Part shown: piece by piece, positions 21,333 to 32,286 of the stretch
Layout: each line of letters begins with the position of its first letter
How positions within the stretch are numbered: the stretch's first letter is position 1
DNA from: Escherichia coli
GTDB lineage: Bacteria > Pseudomonadota > Gammaproteobacteria > Enterobacterales > Enterobacteriaceae
Reading direction: 5' to 3' (one strand)
Assembly (NCBI RefSeq): GCF_003334355.1
Contig: NZ_QOWP01000002.1
DNA: 64,000 bases
Notes under the pieces: generated by a model
Databases searched by the model: none
What the model was told of the DNA's origin: nothing
Seen by the model: only the letters and a program-made list of their open reading frames with translations
Program-made: the position numbers and the translations under genes

Positions 21333-23924
21333 TCAGAACGTCCAGACCACACCCGCCTGAGTATTCCACGGCGATTCTACCCCTGCGCCATTGCCATAGC
21401 TGACTGACAAATGACCGCTTAACGTCGGGGTAAACGATGACCTTATCCCAGCCTGATAAACGCCACGGGTTCCAGCCACATCATTATTAAATTTGCCATC
21501 GTCATTAACTTTCACCTGGTTAGAATCGGCGTATTCCTGACGTACGGCGGCTTTCAGCCAGGGTTCCAGCGTCGTACCATTTTGCAGGTCCATGTGATAG
21601 CTTACCGCCGTTCCCGCTTCAGCGCGTAATATCCGGGTATTTCCCACATCAGCGCGCATGCCGTTTGATAACGTGTAGTCCTGACCATCTGTGGTAAAGC
21701 CGGTAAAGGCCAGATAGGGTCTAACACTCCACAATCCGTCAACCCAACGGAACCCGCTCTCAACATGAGCACCCGCGCCGTTACTATTGTAATCGCCAAA
21801 CGCTGTTGCCCCATTACTCATCTTGCCATGGATGGTGTTGGCAAAACGGTCAACTTTCACCACCCCATCAACATAGGCACCGTTCTGATGCTCCCAACCG
21901 GCATAAGCCCCCAGGGTATAGCTATCGATATTACCTTTTCCGCCGCGATCAAAACCAATATCAGAATGAGAGTAACCAAAGAACAAGCCGCGAATTGTAC
22001 TGCTTTCTTCACGGGAGAAACGGCTATCGATACCGAGCGTCAGGCCCGTCAATGTTTGCTCAAAACCAGCTCCCGCATCAGTGGTCACGTTGTTGCGGGT
22101 GTTAATTGCCGAACTCCACATCGCCGTATCGTAACTAACGCCTTTTACGCTACCAAGACGCTCACGCACGGTGTCCAGTTCTGCATCAAATACCAGCGGT
22201 TGTGCGGCCGCCATATTCAGCACATCAGTGGTTGAAGGGGTAATTTGCGCGCGATTCTCTGCCAAACTCCAGCTATGGTTGCCATTATCCAGCAAGGTAT
22301 ATTCATACGTACCGATATCAACAACGCCTCCGGCATTGCCCAACGTGAATGCAGCATCACCGCCGCCCGTCGTTACCAGTGTAAGGCTATCTCCTGCTGC
22401 CGGGCTGGCCCCCGTGTCCGTCACGAATATTTTGAAATCACCTGTTGCCTGACCGGTCACGTTGAGCTGATCGCTCTGATGATTGGCCATATCGGTACGC
22501 ATATAAAAATTGCCGTTTCCCGACAGGGTATTAGTGGTCAACGTAATGAAATTTTCCGCACTTGCCGTCACAGATGAACGAGTCACTGGCTCATCCATCA
22601 TAATCACATTTGCGCCAGACATCGCAAGGTTGGCTAAATTGAGGCGGGTGTTTTGGTTCGTCGTAGTGATATCGGCAATGATGGTCCATGCGCTATTTTC
22701 GAGCGAAACATCCGCTTTGCTGGTATCCACGGCACCATGCGTTCTAAAAGAAGCGCCCTCAGAAACCACTACCTTACCCACCAACATAGCGGGTGCATAA
22801 TTTATTTGCGGCTTCATGACCTCAAGAATGCCATCATTCCCTCTGACTGACACGTTAACCATTGTGCCAGCCCAGACATTAGCGCGGCCATTGTTGATTA
22901 CCATATTTTCAGAGATGGCTTTTGAGGAATACGTGATACTTCCATTCTGGTCTGATCGACCGAGATCATATACCACATTTGCCTGCACTTTCGTACCAGT
23001 ATCCTTTCCCAGCGATTGCATAGTGGCATGCTCATCAAGGATAGTGTCAATGGCCTGCGTGTCCTCCATAACAATGAGCCCGGAACCATCATCCAGTTCA
23101 TAATTTTTTGACACACCATCTTTTATACTAAATTGGCCTTTACTGTTTGTACCACTCACTTCCAGCGCATTCGTTGAGACAATTAATTTTCCGCCTGCTT
23201 TTTTATCAACGCCAGTTGCAGTCCCGCCATCCATAACCTCCAGTAAGCCGCCACTATCTACAGTAGTATTATAAGCGAAGTCATTTTCTTCAACTCGCAA
23301 ACTCCCGCCGTTTTCCAACAGCATATTGTTAGCAATACCATTCTTGATTTCGAACTGACCGAGACGGTTTGTTCCGAATACCTCCATGACCCGCGTGGTT
23401 GCTTTAATAGCACCGCCTGCTTTCTGATCTACCGCAAATGCAAATCCCCCCTCTTTAACCTCCAGTAATCCTCCCTTTTCGATAGCGGCAAAGACGGTCC
23501 CCCCATCTTTTTCAACGATTAAGCGCCCGCCTTTAATCGTGGGATCATTCGCCGCGCTATAAACCTGTAGCACACCATTATTGAGCGTAGTCTGGTTTGC
23601 CGCGCCACCCATTTGAACAATTTGATAACCGTCATTTAATACTGAGTATTCTGCGGCGCCATTCATTTCAATGTACTGATACCCTCCGTTAATTTCAGTA
23701 TTATTACTTACACCAAATTCTTTTATATGCTGTTCTCCGCCAGGATTGATTTTCGTATTATTGGCGGTCCCATAAACCAGCTGGATATCTTTTTCCAGGA
23801 CAACACCATCAACTGTCTCACCATACTCAACAGTTGATGCCAATGCTATGGGTGAATATAACGCTGTAGCCACCAGAACAGATATTGCGGAACGACAAAG
23901 AGAAACAGAACCAGATTGATGCAT
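21333..23924 (-). CDS. yejO: Autotransporter (type Va) adhesin-like outer-membrane protein YejO, 863 aa, apparently intact
   Basis: Uninterrupted 863-aa ORF; N-terminal signal peptide; passenger with reiterated ~80-aa glycine-rich motifs; C-terminal beta-barrel domain ending ...AGVVWTF. Confidence 0.8.
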   Translation of the reverse strand: MHQSGSVSLCRSAISVLVATALYSPIALASTVEYGETVDGVVLEKDIQLVYGTANNTKINPGGEQHIKEFGVSNNTEINGGYQYIEMNGAAEYSVLNDGYQIVQMGGAANQTTLNNGVLQVYSAANDPTIKGGRLIVEKDGGTVFAAIEKGGLLEVKEGGFAFAVDQKAGGAIKATTRVMEVFGTNRLGQFEIKNGIANNMLLENGGSLRVEENDFAYNTTVDSGGLLEVMDGGTATGVDKKAGGKLIVSTNALEVSGTNSKGQFSIKDGVSKNYELDDGSGLIVMEDTQAIDTILDEHATMQSLGKDTGTKVQANVVYDLGRSDQNGSITYSSKAISENMVINNGRANVWAGTMVNVSVRGNDGILEVMKPQINYAPAMLVGKVVVSEGASFRTHGAVDTSKADVSLENSAWTIIADITTTNQNTRLNLANLAMSGANVIMMDEPVTRSSVTASAENFITLTTNTLSGNGNFYMRTDMANHQSDQLNVTGQATGDFKIFVTDTGASPAAGDSLTLVTTGGGDAAFTLGNAGGVVDIGTYEYTLLDNGNHSWSLAENRAQITPSTTDVLNMAAAQPLVFDAELDTVRERLGSVKGVSYDTAMWSSAINTRNNVTTDAGAGFEQTLTGLTLGIDSRFSREESSTIRGLFFGYSHSDIGFDRGGKGNIDSYTLGAYAGWEHQNGAYVDGVVKVDRFANTIHGKMSNGATAFGDYNSNGAGAHVESGFRWVDGLWSVRPYLAFTGFTTDGQDYTLSNGMRADVGNTRILRAEAGTAVSYHMDLQNGTTLEPWLKAAVRQEYADSNQVKVNDDGKFNNDVAGTRGVYQAGIRSSFTPTLSGHLSVSYGNGAGVESPWNTQAGVVWTF

Positions 23925-24243
23925 TGAGCTTTCATCCTATGAAATTAATTGCTGTTAAAAGCATTGGGTACAGAAAATACCCATAGCTCCATACCCGGAG
24001 TCAGTTTTTAAAAACTGTTTAAAGAAATGCACAAGTATTGTGATTGATTTTTTAGTTGTTTTTCTTGATGAGAAGCTGATGCAAAATTCCGTCTTTATAA
24101 TGAAAATGATGCCAAAGCGAACGACAAGGTTGTAGTTTTCACTACATGTCCATACATAAAATGGGGTAACATTCACGCGCCTGGTAGCGTTACCAACGCT
24201 ACGCTCAAACATAATGATTCTAATAAAACCTCAGGAGACTACT

Positions 24244-24891
24244 ATGCCTGAAGCAACGCCTTTTCAGGTGATGATTGTGGATGATCATCCACTTATGCGA
24301 CGCGGTGTTCGTCAGTTACTGGAGCTTGATCCTGGCTTTGAAGTGGTCGCCGAAGCGGGCGACGGCGCGAGCGCTATCGATCTGGCGAATAGACTGGATA
24401 TCGACGTGATCTTGCTGGATCTCAATATGAAAGGTATGAGTGGCCTGGATACTCTCAATGCCTTGCGCAGGGATGGCGTTACCGCGCAAATTATTATCCT
24501 GACCGTATCCGATGCCTCCAGCGATGTCTTTGCGCTGATAGACGCAGGCGCAGACGGTTATCTATTGAAAGACAGCGACCCGGAAGTATTGCTGGAAGCG
24601 ATTCGTGCCGGAGCGAAAGGCAGCAAAGTCTTTAGCGAACGCGTCAATCAGTACTTACGTGAACGTGAAATGTTTGGCGCGGAAGAAGATCCCTTCAGCG
24701 TGCTGACGGAGCGCGAGCTGGATGTTCTGCACGAGCTGGCACAGGGGCTGTCAAATAAACAGATTGCCTCGGTGTTGAATATTTCCGAGCAGACAGTAAA
24801 AGTACATATTCGCAATCTGCTGCGTAAACTCAATGTCCGCTCACGCGTGGCGGCCACCATTCTGTTCCTGCAACAACGCGGGGCACAATAA
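24244..24891 (+). CDS. narP: Nitrate/nitrite response regulator NarP, 215 aa
   Basis: Receiver domain (MIVDDHPL..., LLDLNMKG) plus LuxR-type HTH; ATG at 24244 gives 215 aa. Confidence 0.9.
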   Translation: MPEATPFQVMIVDDHPLMRRGVRQLLELDPGFEVVAEAGDGASAIDLANRLDIDVILLDLNMKGMSGLDTLNALRRDGVTAQIIILTVSDASSDVFALIDAGADGYLLKDSDPEVLLEAIRAGAKGSKVFSERVNQYLREREMFGAEEDPFSVLTERELDVLHELAQGLSNKQIASVLNISEQTVKVHIRNLLRKLNVRSRVAATILFLQQRGAQ

Positions 24892-24892
24892 A

Positions 24893-24927
24893 AATAGCCC
24901 GATGGCATCACCATCGGGCCTCTTTTT
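24893..24927. terminator. Bidirectional terminator between convergent narP and ccmH
   Basis: Perfect hairpin gcccgatgg catca ccatcgggc with flanking taaaaata / ctctttttatt. Confidence 0.6.
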
Positions 24928-25978
24928 ATTTACTCTCCTGCGGCGACAAATGTTGCATCGCCTGCGCGATACTACGTTCAATCACCGCACGGCGAGTATC
25001 GTTGGCAGGTAAGAGTTTCAACATCATCTCCCACGCGGCAACGGCTTCGCCAAATCGCTGCTGCTCAAAGGCATTAAACGCATACATGCTTAACACACGG
25101 ATATTGCTGTGGTCGCTTCTCACCAACTGGCGCAGCAGTTCACCACCGAGGCGGTTGTCGTTGGGATCAGATGAACGTGTCAACGCTTCAGCATAACCCA
25201 GTGCGGCATCGCTGTTTTTCGGATCGAGGCGATACGCAGTAGCGTATGCATCGGTGGCGATACTAGCGTTACCCAGCGCCATGCCAACGCGGCCCAACAT
25301 AATCCAGCCTTCTATATCTCCCGGATTTTTTTGCAGTTGAGTACGCATCCCCAGCGCAAGACGCGACATCTCTTCTTCGTTGAGCGGATCGGTTTTCGGA
25401 TCCAGCGCCCTGTCCAGCAACGCCGGAGCCTGTGCCGTGGCCTGCTGCCAGATTTTCACCTGCTGATAATTGCCAGTCTGGTAGTAGCTGACGCCAGCCA
25501 CAATTAACGCCACCACAATACCCGGCAGATAAACAATATATCCGGCACGCTTACCTTCCTGCACGCTTTGTTCAGGAAACGCTTCCGGCACTACGCGTAC
25601 CCGACGCCGCGAGCGGGCGTATATGACCCAACCGCCAATGCCAATAGCCACTACCGGAAGCACCCACAGCAGCACGGTCAGCGGCGTTAACGGCGGATCG
25701 TAAGTGACGAAGTTGCCGTAACGCGCCACCATATAATCGACAATCTCTTTTTTACTTTTACCTTCCTGCATCAGTTCATACACTTTCTGACGCAGGTCGG
25801 TGGCAATCATCGAGTTGGAATCGGCAATGCTGTTGTTCTGGCATTTCGGGCAGCGCAGTTCTTCAGTGAGCTGACGGAACTGTTGTTCCTGTGCTTCATC
25901 TTTAAACTGCAACACGTCGATGGTCGCCAGTGCTGAGCCGGAGATCATCAGCATCAGCACGCCCAATAAAAACCTCAT
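24926..25978 (-). CDS. ccmH: Cytochrome c maturation protein CcmH, 350 aa
   Basis: CXXC motif (LRCPKCQNN) and TPR-like C-terminal half; last gene of the ccm operon. Confidence 0.9.
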   Translation of the reverse strand: MRFLLGVLMLMISGSALATIDVLQFKDEAQEQQFRQLTEELRCPKCQNNSIADSNSMIATDLRQKVYELMQEGKSKKEIVDYMVARYGNFVTYDPPLTPLTVLLWVLPVVAIGIGGWVIYARSRRRVRVVPEAFPEQSVQEGKRAGYIVYLPGIVVALIVAGVSYYQTGNYQQVKIWQQATAQAPALLDRALDPKTDPLNEEEMSRLALGMRTQLQKNPGDIEGWIMLGRVGMALGNASIATDAYATAYRLDPKNSDAALGYAEALTRSSDPNDNRLGGELLRQLVRSDHSNIRVLSMYAFNAFEQQRFGEAVAAWEMMLKLLPANDTRRAVIERSIAQAMQHLSPQESK

Positions 25979-26532
25979 TGTGCGGCCTCCTTACTGTATT
26001 TCTCCCACAGCGGCTTGATCTCTTCTTCCCAGACGCGAGGATTGAGATCGCCCGCATGGCGATAGCGAATGATACCGTCGCCGTCAATAAGGAAGGTTTC
26101 TGGCGCGCCATAGACACCGAGATCCAGCCCTAACATGCCGTCGCCATCAAACAGGCTTAGCGCGTAAGGATTGCCCAGCTCTTTCAGCCAGCTGATTGCC
26201 TTCTGGCGATCGTCTTTATAGTTCATGCCGACCACGCGAATGCCCTGCGCTGAAAGCTGATTCAGATATTGATGTTCCGCACGGCAGGTCGGACACCAGG
26301 TCGCCCAGACGTTAAGCAGTACTGGTTTGCCCTGAGTCAGCACATCCGCCTGATAAAACTGCCCCGGATTGTCCAGTGATTCGAGACGAAACTTCGGCAC
26401 AGGCTTGCCAATGAGCGCCGATTCCAGATTGGTCGGATCATCCCCTTCGGCATTACGCGCCAGCTGCCACAGCAGCGCCGCGGCAATCGCCAGGAAGATA
26501 ATCAACGGAATTAACAATACTTTGCGCTTCAT
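25975..26532 (-). CDS. ccmG: Thiol:disulfide interchange protein CcmG (DsbE), 185 aa
   Basis: Thioredoxin-fold WCPTC motif; 4-bp overlap with ccmH. Confidence 0.9.
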   Translation of the reverse strand: MKRKVLLIPLIIFLAIAAALLWQLARNAEGDDPTNLESALIGKPVPKFRLESLDNPGQFYQADVLTQGKPVLLNVWATWCPTCRAEHQYLNQLSAQGIRVVGMNYKDDRQKAISWLKELGNPYALSLFDGDGMLGLDLGVYGAPETFLIDGDGIIRYRHAGDLNPRVWEEEIKPLWEKYSKEAAQ

Positions 26533-28472
26533 ACGGCCTCCGGCGCAGTTTTTTGCGGACTCACGCGCTTACGATAGCGAGGATCAAACAGACACAGCAG
26601 TCCGCCCAACGCCATCATCAGCCCGCCCGCCCAAATCCAGCGAACAAATGGTTTGTAGTAAAGACGCACGGCCCACGCGCCGTTTTCCAGCTCTTCACCG
26701 AGCGCGGCGTACAGGTCACGCGTGATGCCGCCGTCAATTGCCGCTTCGGTCATCATCGACCCGGCAGTGTTGTAATAACGTTTTTCCGCATACAGCACCG
26801 TTTCCGGCTTGCCATCGCGCGTTACGCCGATAGTCGCCACACCGCCACGCCAGTTCGGGCCAGTCACCTCTTTGACATCACGGAAGGTGAAGCGATATTC
26901 ATGAATATCGACGCTATCGCCGGACTTCATGCGCACATCACGCTCAACGCTATAGTTCTGGCTAAAGGCAATGCCAACAATTGTCACTGCCAGCCCAAGG
27001 TGAGCCGCCACCATCCCCCAATAACTGAAGGTGGTTTTCGTGCCGCGTGAAATACGTAGCGCAGCTTCCGCAATTGCCAGCACCGCAATCCAGCAGGCCA
27101 TTGCCATGCCGAGCACCGTCATCGCCACAACTTTGCTTTCGAACAGCCACGGCAACAGCAGCGACAGCACCAGCGTAGAGATGAAGGCGATAATCAATAA
27201 ATTGCGGATCTTACGCGGGCGATCCCGCCCCCAGCGCACCAGAGGACCGACACCAAGCAGTAGCGCAAACGGCACCATCAGCCAGGTAAACATGGTGTTG
27301 AAGAACGGTTCGCCAATCGAAATACTGCCCAGTCCCAGTTGCTTATGCACCAACGGCAGCAGCGTCCCCAGCAACACCACCAGCATCGCAGCGACCAGCA
27401 AAACATTGTTCGCTAACAGCAAAGATTCCCGCGACCACAGCGCATTGTTTACGCGTGAGCGAACTTTGTGTCCACGCGCGGCAAACAGCAGCAGCGAACC
27501 GCCAATCACCAGCACCATAAAGGCGAGGATAAACATACCGCGCGCCGGATCAGACGCAAACGCGTGTACCGATACCAGCACGCCGGAACGCACGAGGAAG
27601 GTCCCCAGCAGACACAACGAGAAGGCACTGATTGCCAGCAGTAATGTCCACGCTTTGAAACTGGCGCGTTGTTCAGTGACCGCCAGTGAGTGCATCAGCG
27701 CAGTCCCCACCAGCCACGGCATAAACGAGGCGTTTTCTACCGGATCCCAGAACCACCAGCCGCCCCAGCCGAGTTCGTAATAGGCCCATGCGGAACCGAG
27801 CACAATGCCGAGCGTCAGGAAAATCCACGCCGCCAGCGTCCACGGGCGAGTAAAACGCGCATAAGTGCTGTCCAGACGCCCGCTCAGCAAAGAAGCAATG
27901 GCAAAAGCAAACGCCACCGAGAACCCCACGTACCCCATATAGAGCAGAGGCGGATGGAAGATCAGCCCCGGATCCTGTAACAGCGGGTTAAGATCGCGCC
28001 CTTCAATCGGGAAGTTCGGCAACGTGCGTGAGAACGGGTTAGAGGTAAAGAGAATGAACAGCAAAAAGCCGACGCTGACCATCCCCATTATCGCCAGTAC
28101 GCGGGCCACAATATCCAGCGGAATACGCTGACTAAAAATCGCTACCGCAAAGGTCCAGCCGCTCATCAGCAGCACCCACAGCAGGAGCGAGCCTTCATGC
28201 GCGCCCCAGGTAGCCGCCACGCGATACCACACCGGAAGCTGGGTATTGGAGTTGCTGGCAACATAGGTGACGGTGAAGTCGTTGACCACGAAGGCATTGA
28301 CCAGTACCAGAAATGCGCCAGCCACAGACATAAACAGCAGCCAGGCAAACAAGCGGGAAGACGCCATCATGCGCGCATCTCCGCGCGCTACGCCCCATAG
28401 CGGATACACGGACAGCAGCAGCGCAATTCCTAGCGCCAGACACAGCAGCCCGTTACCAATTTCCGGCATCAT
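26529..28472 (-). CDS. ccmF: Cytochrome c-type biogenesis heme lyase subunit CcmF, 647 aa
   Basis: Large polytopic membrane protein; 4-bp overlaps on both sides. Confidence 0.9.
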
Positions 28473-28948
28473 GATGCTGGGTCCTTATAAACACTCGCCG
28501 GGCGACGGTGATTGGCTTCCATCGCTTTCTCAACTTCTGGCGGCGTGTAGTTTTCGTCGTGTTTCGCCAGCACTTCTTTTGCGAGGATATGATTGCCTTT
28601 TTCCAGTTCGCCCTGCACCACAACGCCCTGCCCTTCACGGAACAGATCCGGCAAAATGCCTTCGTAAGAGACATCTACTGAACCTTCAGCGTCGTAAATG
28701 GTGAAAGTTACTTTTAGCGAATTGGGATCGCGCTGCACGCTACCCGGCATCACCATCCCGCCAACGCGCAGACGCTGACCGACTTCCGGCATTTGCTGAG
28801 TTTCACGCTTGCCGTAGAGAATTTCCCCCGGCGTATAAAAGAGATCGATATTCGAGCGCAGCGCATATAGCACCAGACCGATAGTCAGCGCCAGCCCTGC
28901 CAACACGGCACAGGCAATCCACAAGCGGTTTTTACGGCGAATATTCAT
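28469..28948 (-). CDS. ccmE: Heme chaperone CcmE, 159 aa
   Basis: Single N-terminal TM helix; length and operon position match. Confidence 0.9.
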
Positions 28949-29154
28949 GCAGCCTCCTGCTGTTGCGCAGCACGTAAACGCGCCTCACGCGCCCGCTGTT
29001 GCGCCACACCACGCAGAATTGCGCGATGTTGCATCACCGAGTGCACGACCAAAACCACCAGCGGAATAACGGTCATCACCACCGCCAGCCAGACAAAAAA
29101 GGCGTAACCGCCCATTGCGAAAAATTCATTCCAGGAAGCAAATGCAGGGGTCAT
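28945..29154 (-). CDS. ccmD: Heme exporter protein CcmD, 69 aa
   Basis: Small single-TM protein between ccmC and ccmE; 4-bp overlaps. Confidence 0.85.
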
Positions 29155-29888
29155 TTACGGCCTCTTTTCAGTATCAGTTCACTCACCCACGGACGGCGTT
29201 TTTCCATCAGCAAAATCAAATTACGCATCCGCATCAGCGTCAGCGTGGCAGACAGGAGCAGGAAGCCAAAAATCGACCAGCGCAGCGGCGAACGCATCGC
29301 CGGATCGATACTTTGCTGCATCCGCGTTGATCCCTGATGCAGGGTGTTCCACCACTCCACGGAGTAATGAATAATCGGCAGATTCACCACGCCAATCAGC
29401 ACCAGGATACCTGCCGCACGGCCCGCCAGACGGCGGTCGTCGAAGGCGTGCCACAGGGCAATCACACCCACATACAAAAACAGCAGCACCAGTTCAGAAG
29501 TCAGACGTGCATCCCATACCCACCAGGTGCCCCACATCGGTTTTCCCCATGCAGAGCCGGTAACCAGGGCAATAAAGGTAAACACGGCACCAATGGGGGC
29601 CATCGCCGCCACCGCCAGGTTGGCCATTTTCATCTGCCAGACAAGGCCAATAAACGCTGCCACTGCCATTGATGCATAAATGCCCATCGACCAGATCGCC
29701 GCAGGCACATGCAGGTAGATAATGCGGTAGCTATTTCCCTGCTGATAATCAGCCGGAGCAAAGCCGAATCCCCAGATCCAGCCGACGGTAAGCACGACCA
29801 CACTGGCAATTGCCAGCCACGGTATAAACCAGCCACAGATTTGATACAGCCGTGGTGGGATCGCCAGTTGATGCAGTGTTTTCCACAT
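29151..29888 (-). CDS. ccmC: Heme exporter protein CcmC, 245 aa
   Basis: Internal ATG (MWKTLHQLAIPPRLYQ...) gives 245 aa; tryptophan-rich WGxxWxWD motif present. Confidence 0.85.
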   Translation of the reverse strand: MWKTLHQLAIPPRLYQICGWFIPWLAIASVVVLTVGWIWGFGFAPADYQQGNSYRIIYLHVPAAIWSMGIYASMAVAAFIGLVWQMKMANLAVAAMAPIGAVFTFIALVTGSAWGKPMWGTWWVWDARLTSELVLLFLYVGVIALWHAFDDRRLAGRAAGILVLIGVVNLPIIHYSVEWWNTLHQGSTRMQQSIDPAMRSPLRWSIFGFLLLSATLTLMRMRNLILLMEKRRPWVSELILKRGRK

Positions 29889-29929
29889 AGTTTCGATACC
29901 AGACTCGAACAAAAATCAGTAATCCAGCG

Positions 29930-30592
29930 TTATTGAATGCTGATTCGTAACGCTGCCGCCGTCGCAAAAGGACTTAATGTCGCGGTGCCTGCCAGCAACG
30001 CGCCTAAAATTGCCAGATACCCGTCAACGGGCAAATGCATGGAAGCCGCGTCCATCGCGGCGGTGGCAAAGATGAGTAATGGGATAGTCAGCGGTAACAC
30101 CAGTATGCTGAGCAGCACACCACCGCGCTTAAGTCCCACTGTCAACGCCACACCCGGTGCACCGAGAAAGCCAAGCGTAGGCGTTCCCAGCAGCAGCGTC
30201 AGCGCCATCACTTGCCAGCCATAAACATCCATTCCCAGTAGCATTGCTACCAGTGGCGAAAGGATGAGTAACGGCAGACCGGTTACCATCCAGTGCGCCA
30301 TCACCTTCGCCAGCACAACGGCGGGCAAGGGTAACGGCAACAACATCAATTGTTCAAGACTGCCGTCCTGCAAATCGTCACGGAACAGTCGTTCCAGCGC
30401 CAGCAAGGATGAAAGCAGCGCAGCAACCCAGATAATGCCCGGTGCAATACGCGCCAGCAGTTGCGGCTCCGGACCGATACTGAGCGGAAAAAGGGTAATT
30501 ACAATCAGGAAGAACCACAGCGGGTTGGCGATTTCGGCGCTATGGCGAAACGCTACACGCAGCTCAAGACGGAAAATGCGCCAGAACATCAT
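29930..30592 (-). CDS. ccmB: Heme exporter permease CcmB, 220 aa
   Basis: Polytopic membrane protein; 4-bp overlap with ccmA. Confidence 0.9.
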
Positions 30593-31212
30593 GCGGCCCT
30601 CGTTTGCGTCAGTGAAATGCGGCGAATTTTACTTTCAGCAACGTTGAGCGGCTGGTGGGTAGTCAGAATCACAATCCCCCCCTGCTCCGTATGCTGCGCC
30701 ATACGCTGGGTCAGACGATCGACGCCGTTAACGTCAATCGCGGTAAAAGGCTCGTCGAGGATCCATAACGTGGCACGGGTCAGCCACAGACGCGCTAAAG
30801 CGACGCGGCGTTGTTGCCCGGCCGAGAGCTGATTTACAGGAATATCTTCGAATCCGGCAAGCCCGGCCTGCGCCAGGGCTTCCAGACATTGTGCGGTATC
30901 GCCATCGCGATGATAAAAGTGCAGATTTTCTAACGCCGTCAGCCGGGTTTTGATCCCCGGCTGATGGCCTATCCATAACAGGTTTTGATGGTAGCTGTCG
31001 CGTACCTGATGCAAGGGCTGCCCTTGCCAGAGAACCTCGCCTGCGTCAGGGCGAGACACCCCCGTCAGCAAACGGAGAAGCGTTGTCTTCCCCGCGCCGT
31101 TGCTACCGGTGATTTGTACCCACTCTCCTGCGTTCAGCGTAAATGACAAGCCACTAAATAAGGTTCGTTCATCCCGCTCACAAAGTAACTCTCTGGCTTC
31201 AAGCATACCCAC
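30589..31212 (-). CDS. ccmA: Heme exporter ATPase CcmA, 207 aa
   Basis: Walker [10 protein letters not shown] and ABC signature LSAGQQRR. Confidence 0.9.
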   Translation of the reverse strand: MGMLEARELLCERDERTLFSGLSFTLNAGEWVQITGSNGAGKTTLLRLLTGVSRPDAGEVLWQGQPLHQVRDSYHQNLLWIGHQPGIKTRLTALENLHFYHRDGDTAQCLEALAQAGLAGFEDIPVNQLSAGQQRRVALARLWLTRATLWILDEPFTAIDVNGVDRLTQRMAQHTEQGGIVILTTHQPLNVAESKIRRISLTQTRAA

Positions 31213-31224
31213 GCAATAACCCTG

Positions 31225-31827
31225 TTAAAAACCTGGCTCGACTTCACGCATATCGGGCAGCTTGTGCGCTATCCCTTTATGGCAATCAATACAGGTTTGC
31301 CCATCTTTCACCGCCTGGTCATGCATCTTCGCGGCAACCGATTTCTGGGCGGTTGTATCCATATACTCGAAGTTGTGACAGTTACGGCACTCCTGCGAGT
31401 TATTGTCCTTCATGCGCCGCCACTCATTCTGTGCCATCGTCAGACGATGAGCTTCAAATTTCTGCGGCGTGTCAATAACGCCAAAAATTTTACCATACAG
31501 CTCTTTACTTGCTTTGAGCTTGCGTATCATCTTCGGCACAAACTCGTGCGGAACGTGACAATCCGGACAGGTCGCACGGACGCCGCTACGGTTGTTGTAG
31601 TGCACGGAATCCATGTATTCCTGATACACCGTGTTGCGCATTTCGTGGCAGCTAATGCAGAACTCTTCGGTATTGGCTTTTTCCATCCCGGTGTTAAAGC
31701 CACCCCAGAAGACGATGCCGCCAACAAAACCGATCAACAGCAGCGTCCCCAGCGCCAGACGGCTGGGGGTACGCCACCATTTCCACAGGCGCTTAATCAG
31801 ACCAGGCTTACGGTCAGAATTTCCCAT
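31225..31827 (-). CDS. napC: Tetraheme cytochrome c quinol dehydrogenase NapC, 200 aa
   Basis: Four CXXCH heme motifs (CISCH, CPDCH, CRNCH, CIDCH) and N-terminal membrane anchor. Confidence 0.9.
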   Translation of the reverse strand: MGNSDRKPGLIKRLWKWWRTPSRLALGTLLLIGFVGGIVFWGGFNTGMEKANTEEFCISCHEMRNTVYQEYMDSVHYNNRSGVRATCPDCHVPHEFVPKMIRKLKASKELYGKIFGVIDTPQKFEAHRLTMAQNEWRRMKDNNSQECRNCHNFEYMDTTAQKSVAAKMHDQAVKDGQTCIDCHKGIAHKLPDMREVEPGF

Positions 31828-31836
31828 AATAACCTC

Positions 31837-32286
31837 TTATTTCCCGTAACCTTTTGATGGGGTAAAGGTATTCCCCACGATTGGCGCGGTATCGGCCTGC
31901 GGTACGTGACATTGCAGACAGAAATAACGACGCGGAGCCACTTCCGCGCCCACTTTGCCGTCGCTGTCCATAAAGTGAGTAGGACTGATACGCGGCGCGC
32001 CAGTGGTGTGATAGCTTTCGACACCGTGGCACTGCAAGCAGCGGTTGGTATTGGTCGTTACCTGATAACCTTCAACGCTATGCGGGATCATTGGCGGCTG
32101 ATTCACATAGTTCAGCGGCATCCGTTCCTGCTCTTTTGGCATCCGAATGGCCCCTTCCTGTGTCCCGGATACTTCCGGCGACTGGCTAAAATCGACGCCA
32201 TTAGCCGCCCAAACCGCGCCGCTTACCACCAGGGCCAGCATCGCCGTCCATTGACACAGCGCTTTCTTCAGGTCATGGCTTTTCAT
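31837..32286 (-). CDS. napB: Diheme cytochrome c NapB, 149 aa
   Basis: Two CXXCH motifs (CLQCH twice); ATG at 32286 overlaps the napH stop (ATGA). Confidence 0.85.
   Translation of the reverse strand: MKSHDLKKALCQWTAMLALVVSGAVWAANGVDFSQSPEVSGTQEGAIRMPKEQERMPLNYVNQPPMIPHSVEGYQVTTNTNRCLQCHGVESYHTTGAPRISPTHFMDSDGKVGAEVAPRRYFCLQCHVPQADTAPIVGNTFTPSKGYGK

Noticed and set aside
21765-23119. Multiple ORFs of 65-156 aa antisense to or out of frame within yejO
   Set aside because: They overlap the long, intact autotransporter frame and are most simply by-products of its repetitive sequence.
24185-24203. 8-bp perfect stem (gtagcgtt acc aacgctac) in the narP leader
   Set aside because: Short stem of the kind that occurs by chance; no adjacent U-tract or known motif. 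Noted only as a possible leader structure.
26553-27980. Plus-strand ORFs of 96-249 aa antisense to ccmF and ccmG
   Set aside because: Shadow ORFs inside conserved ccm genes, with no independent signals.
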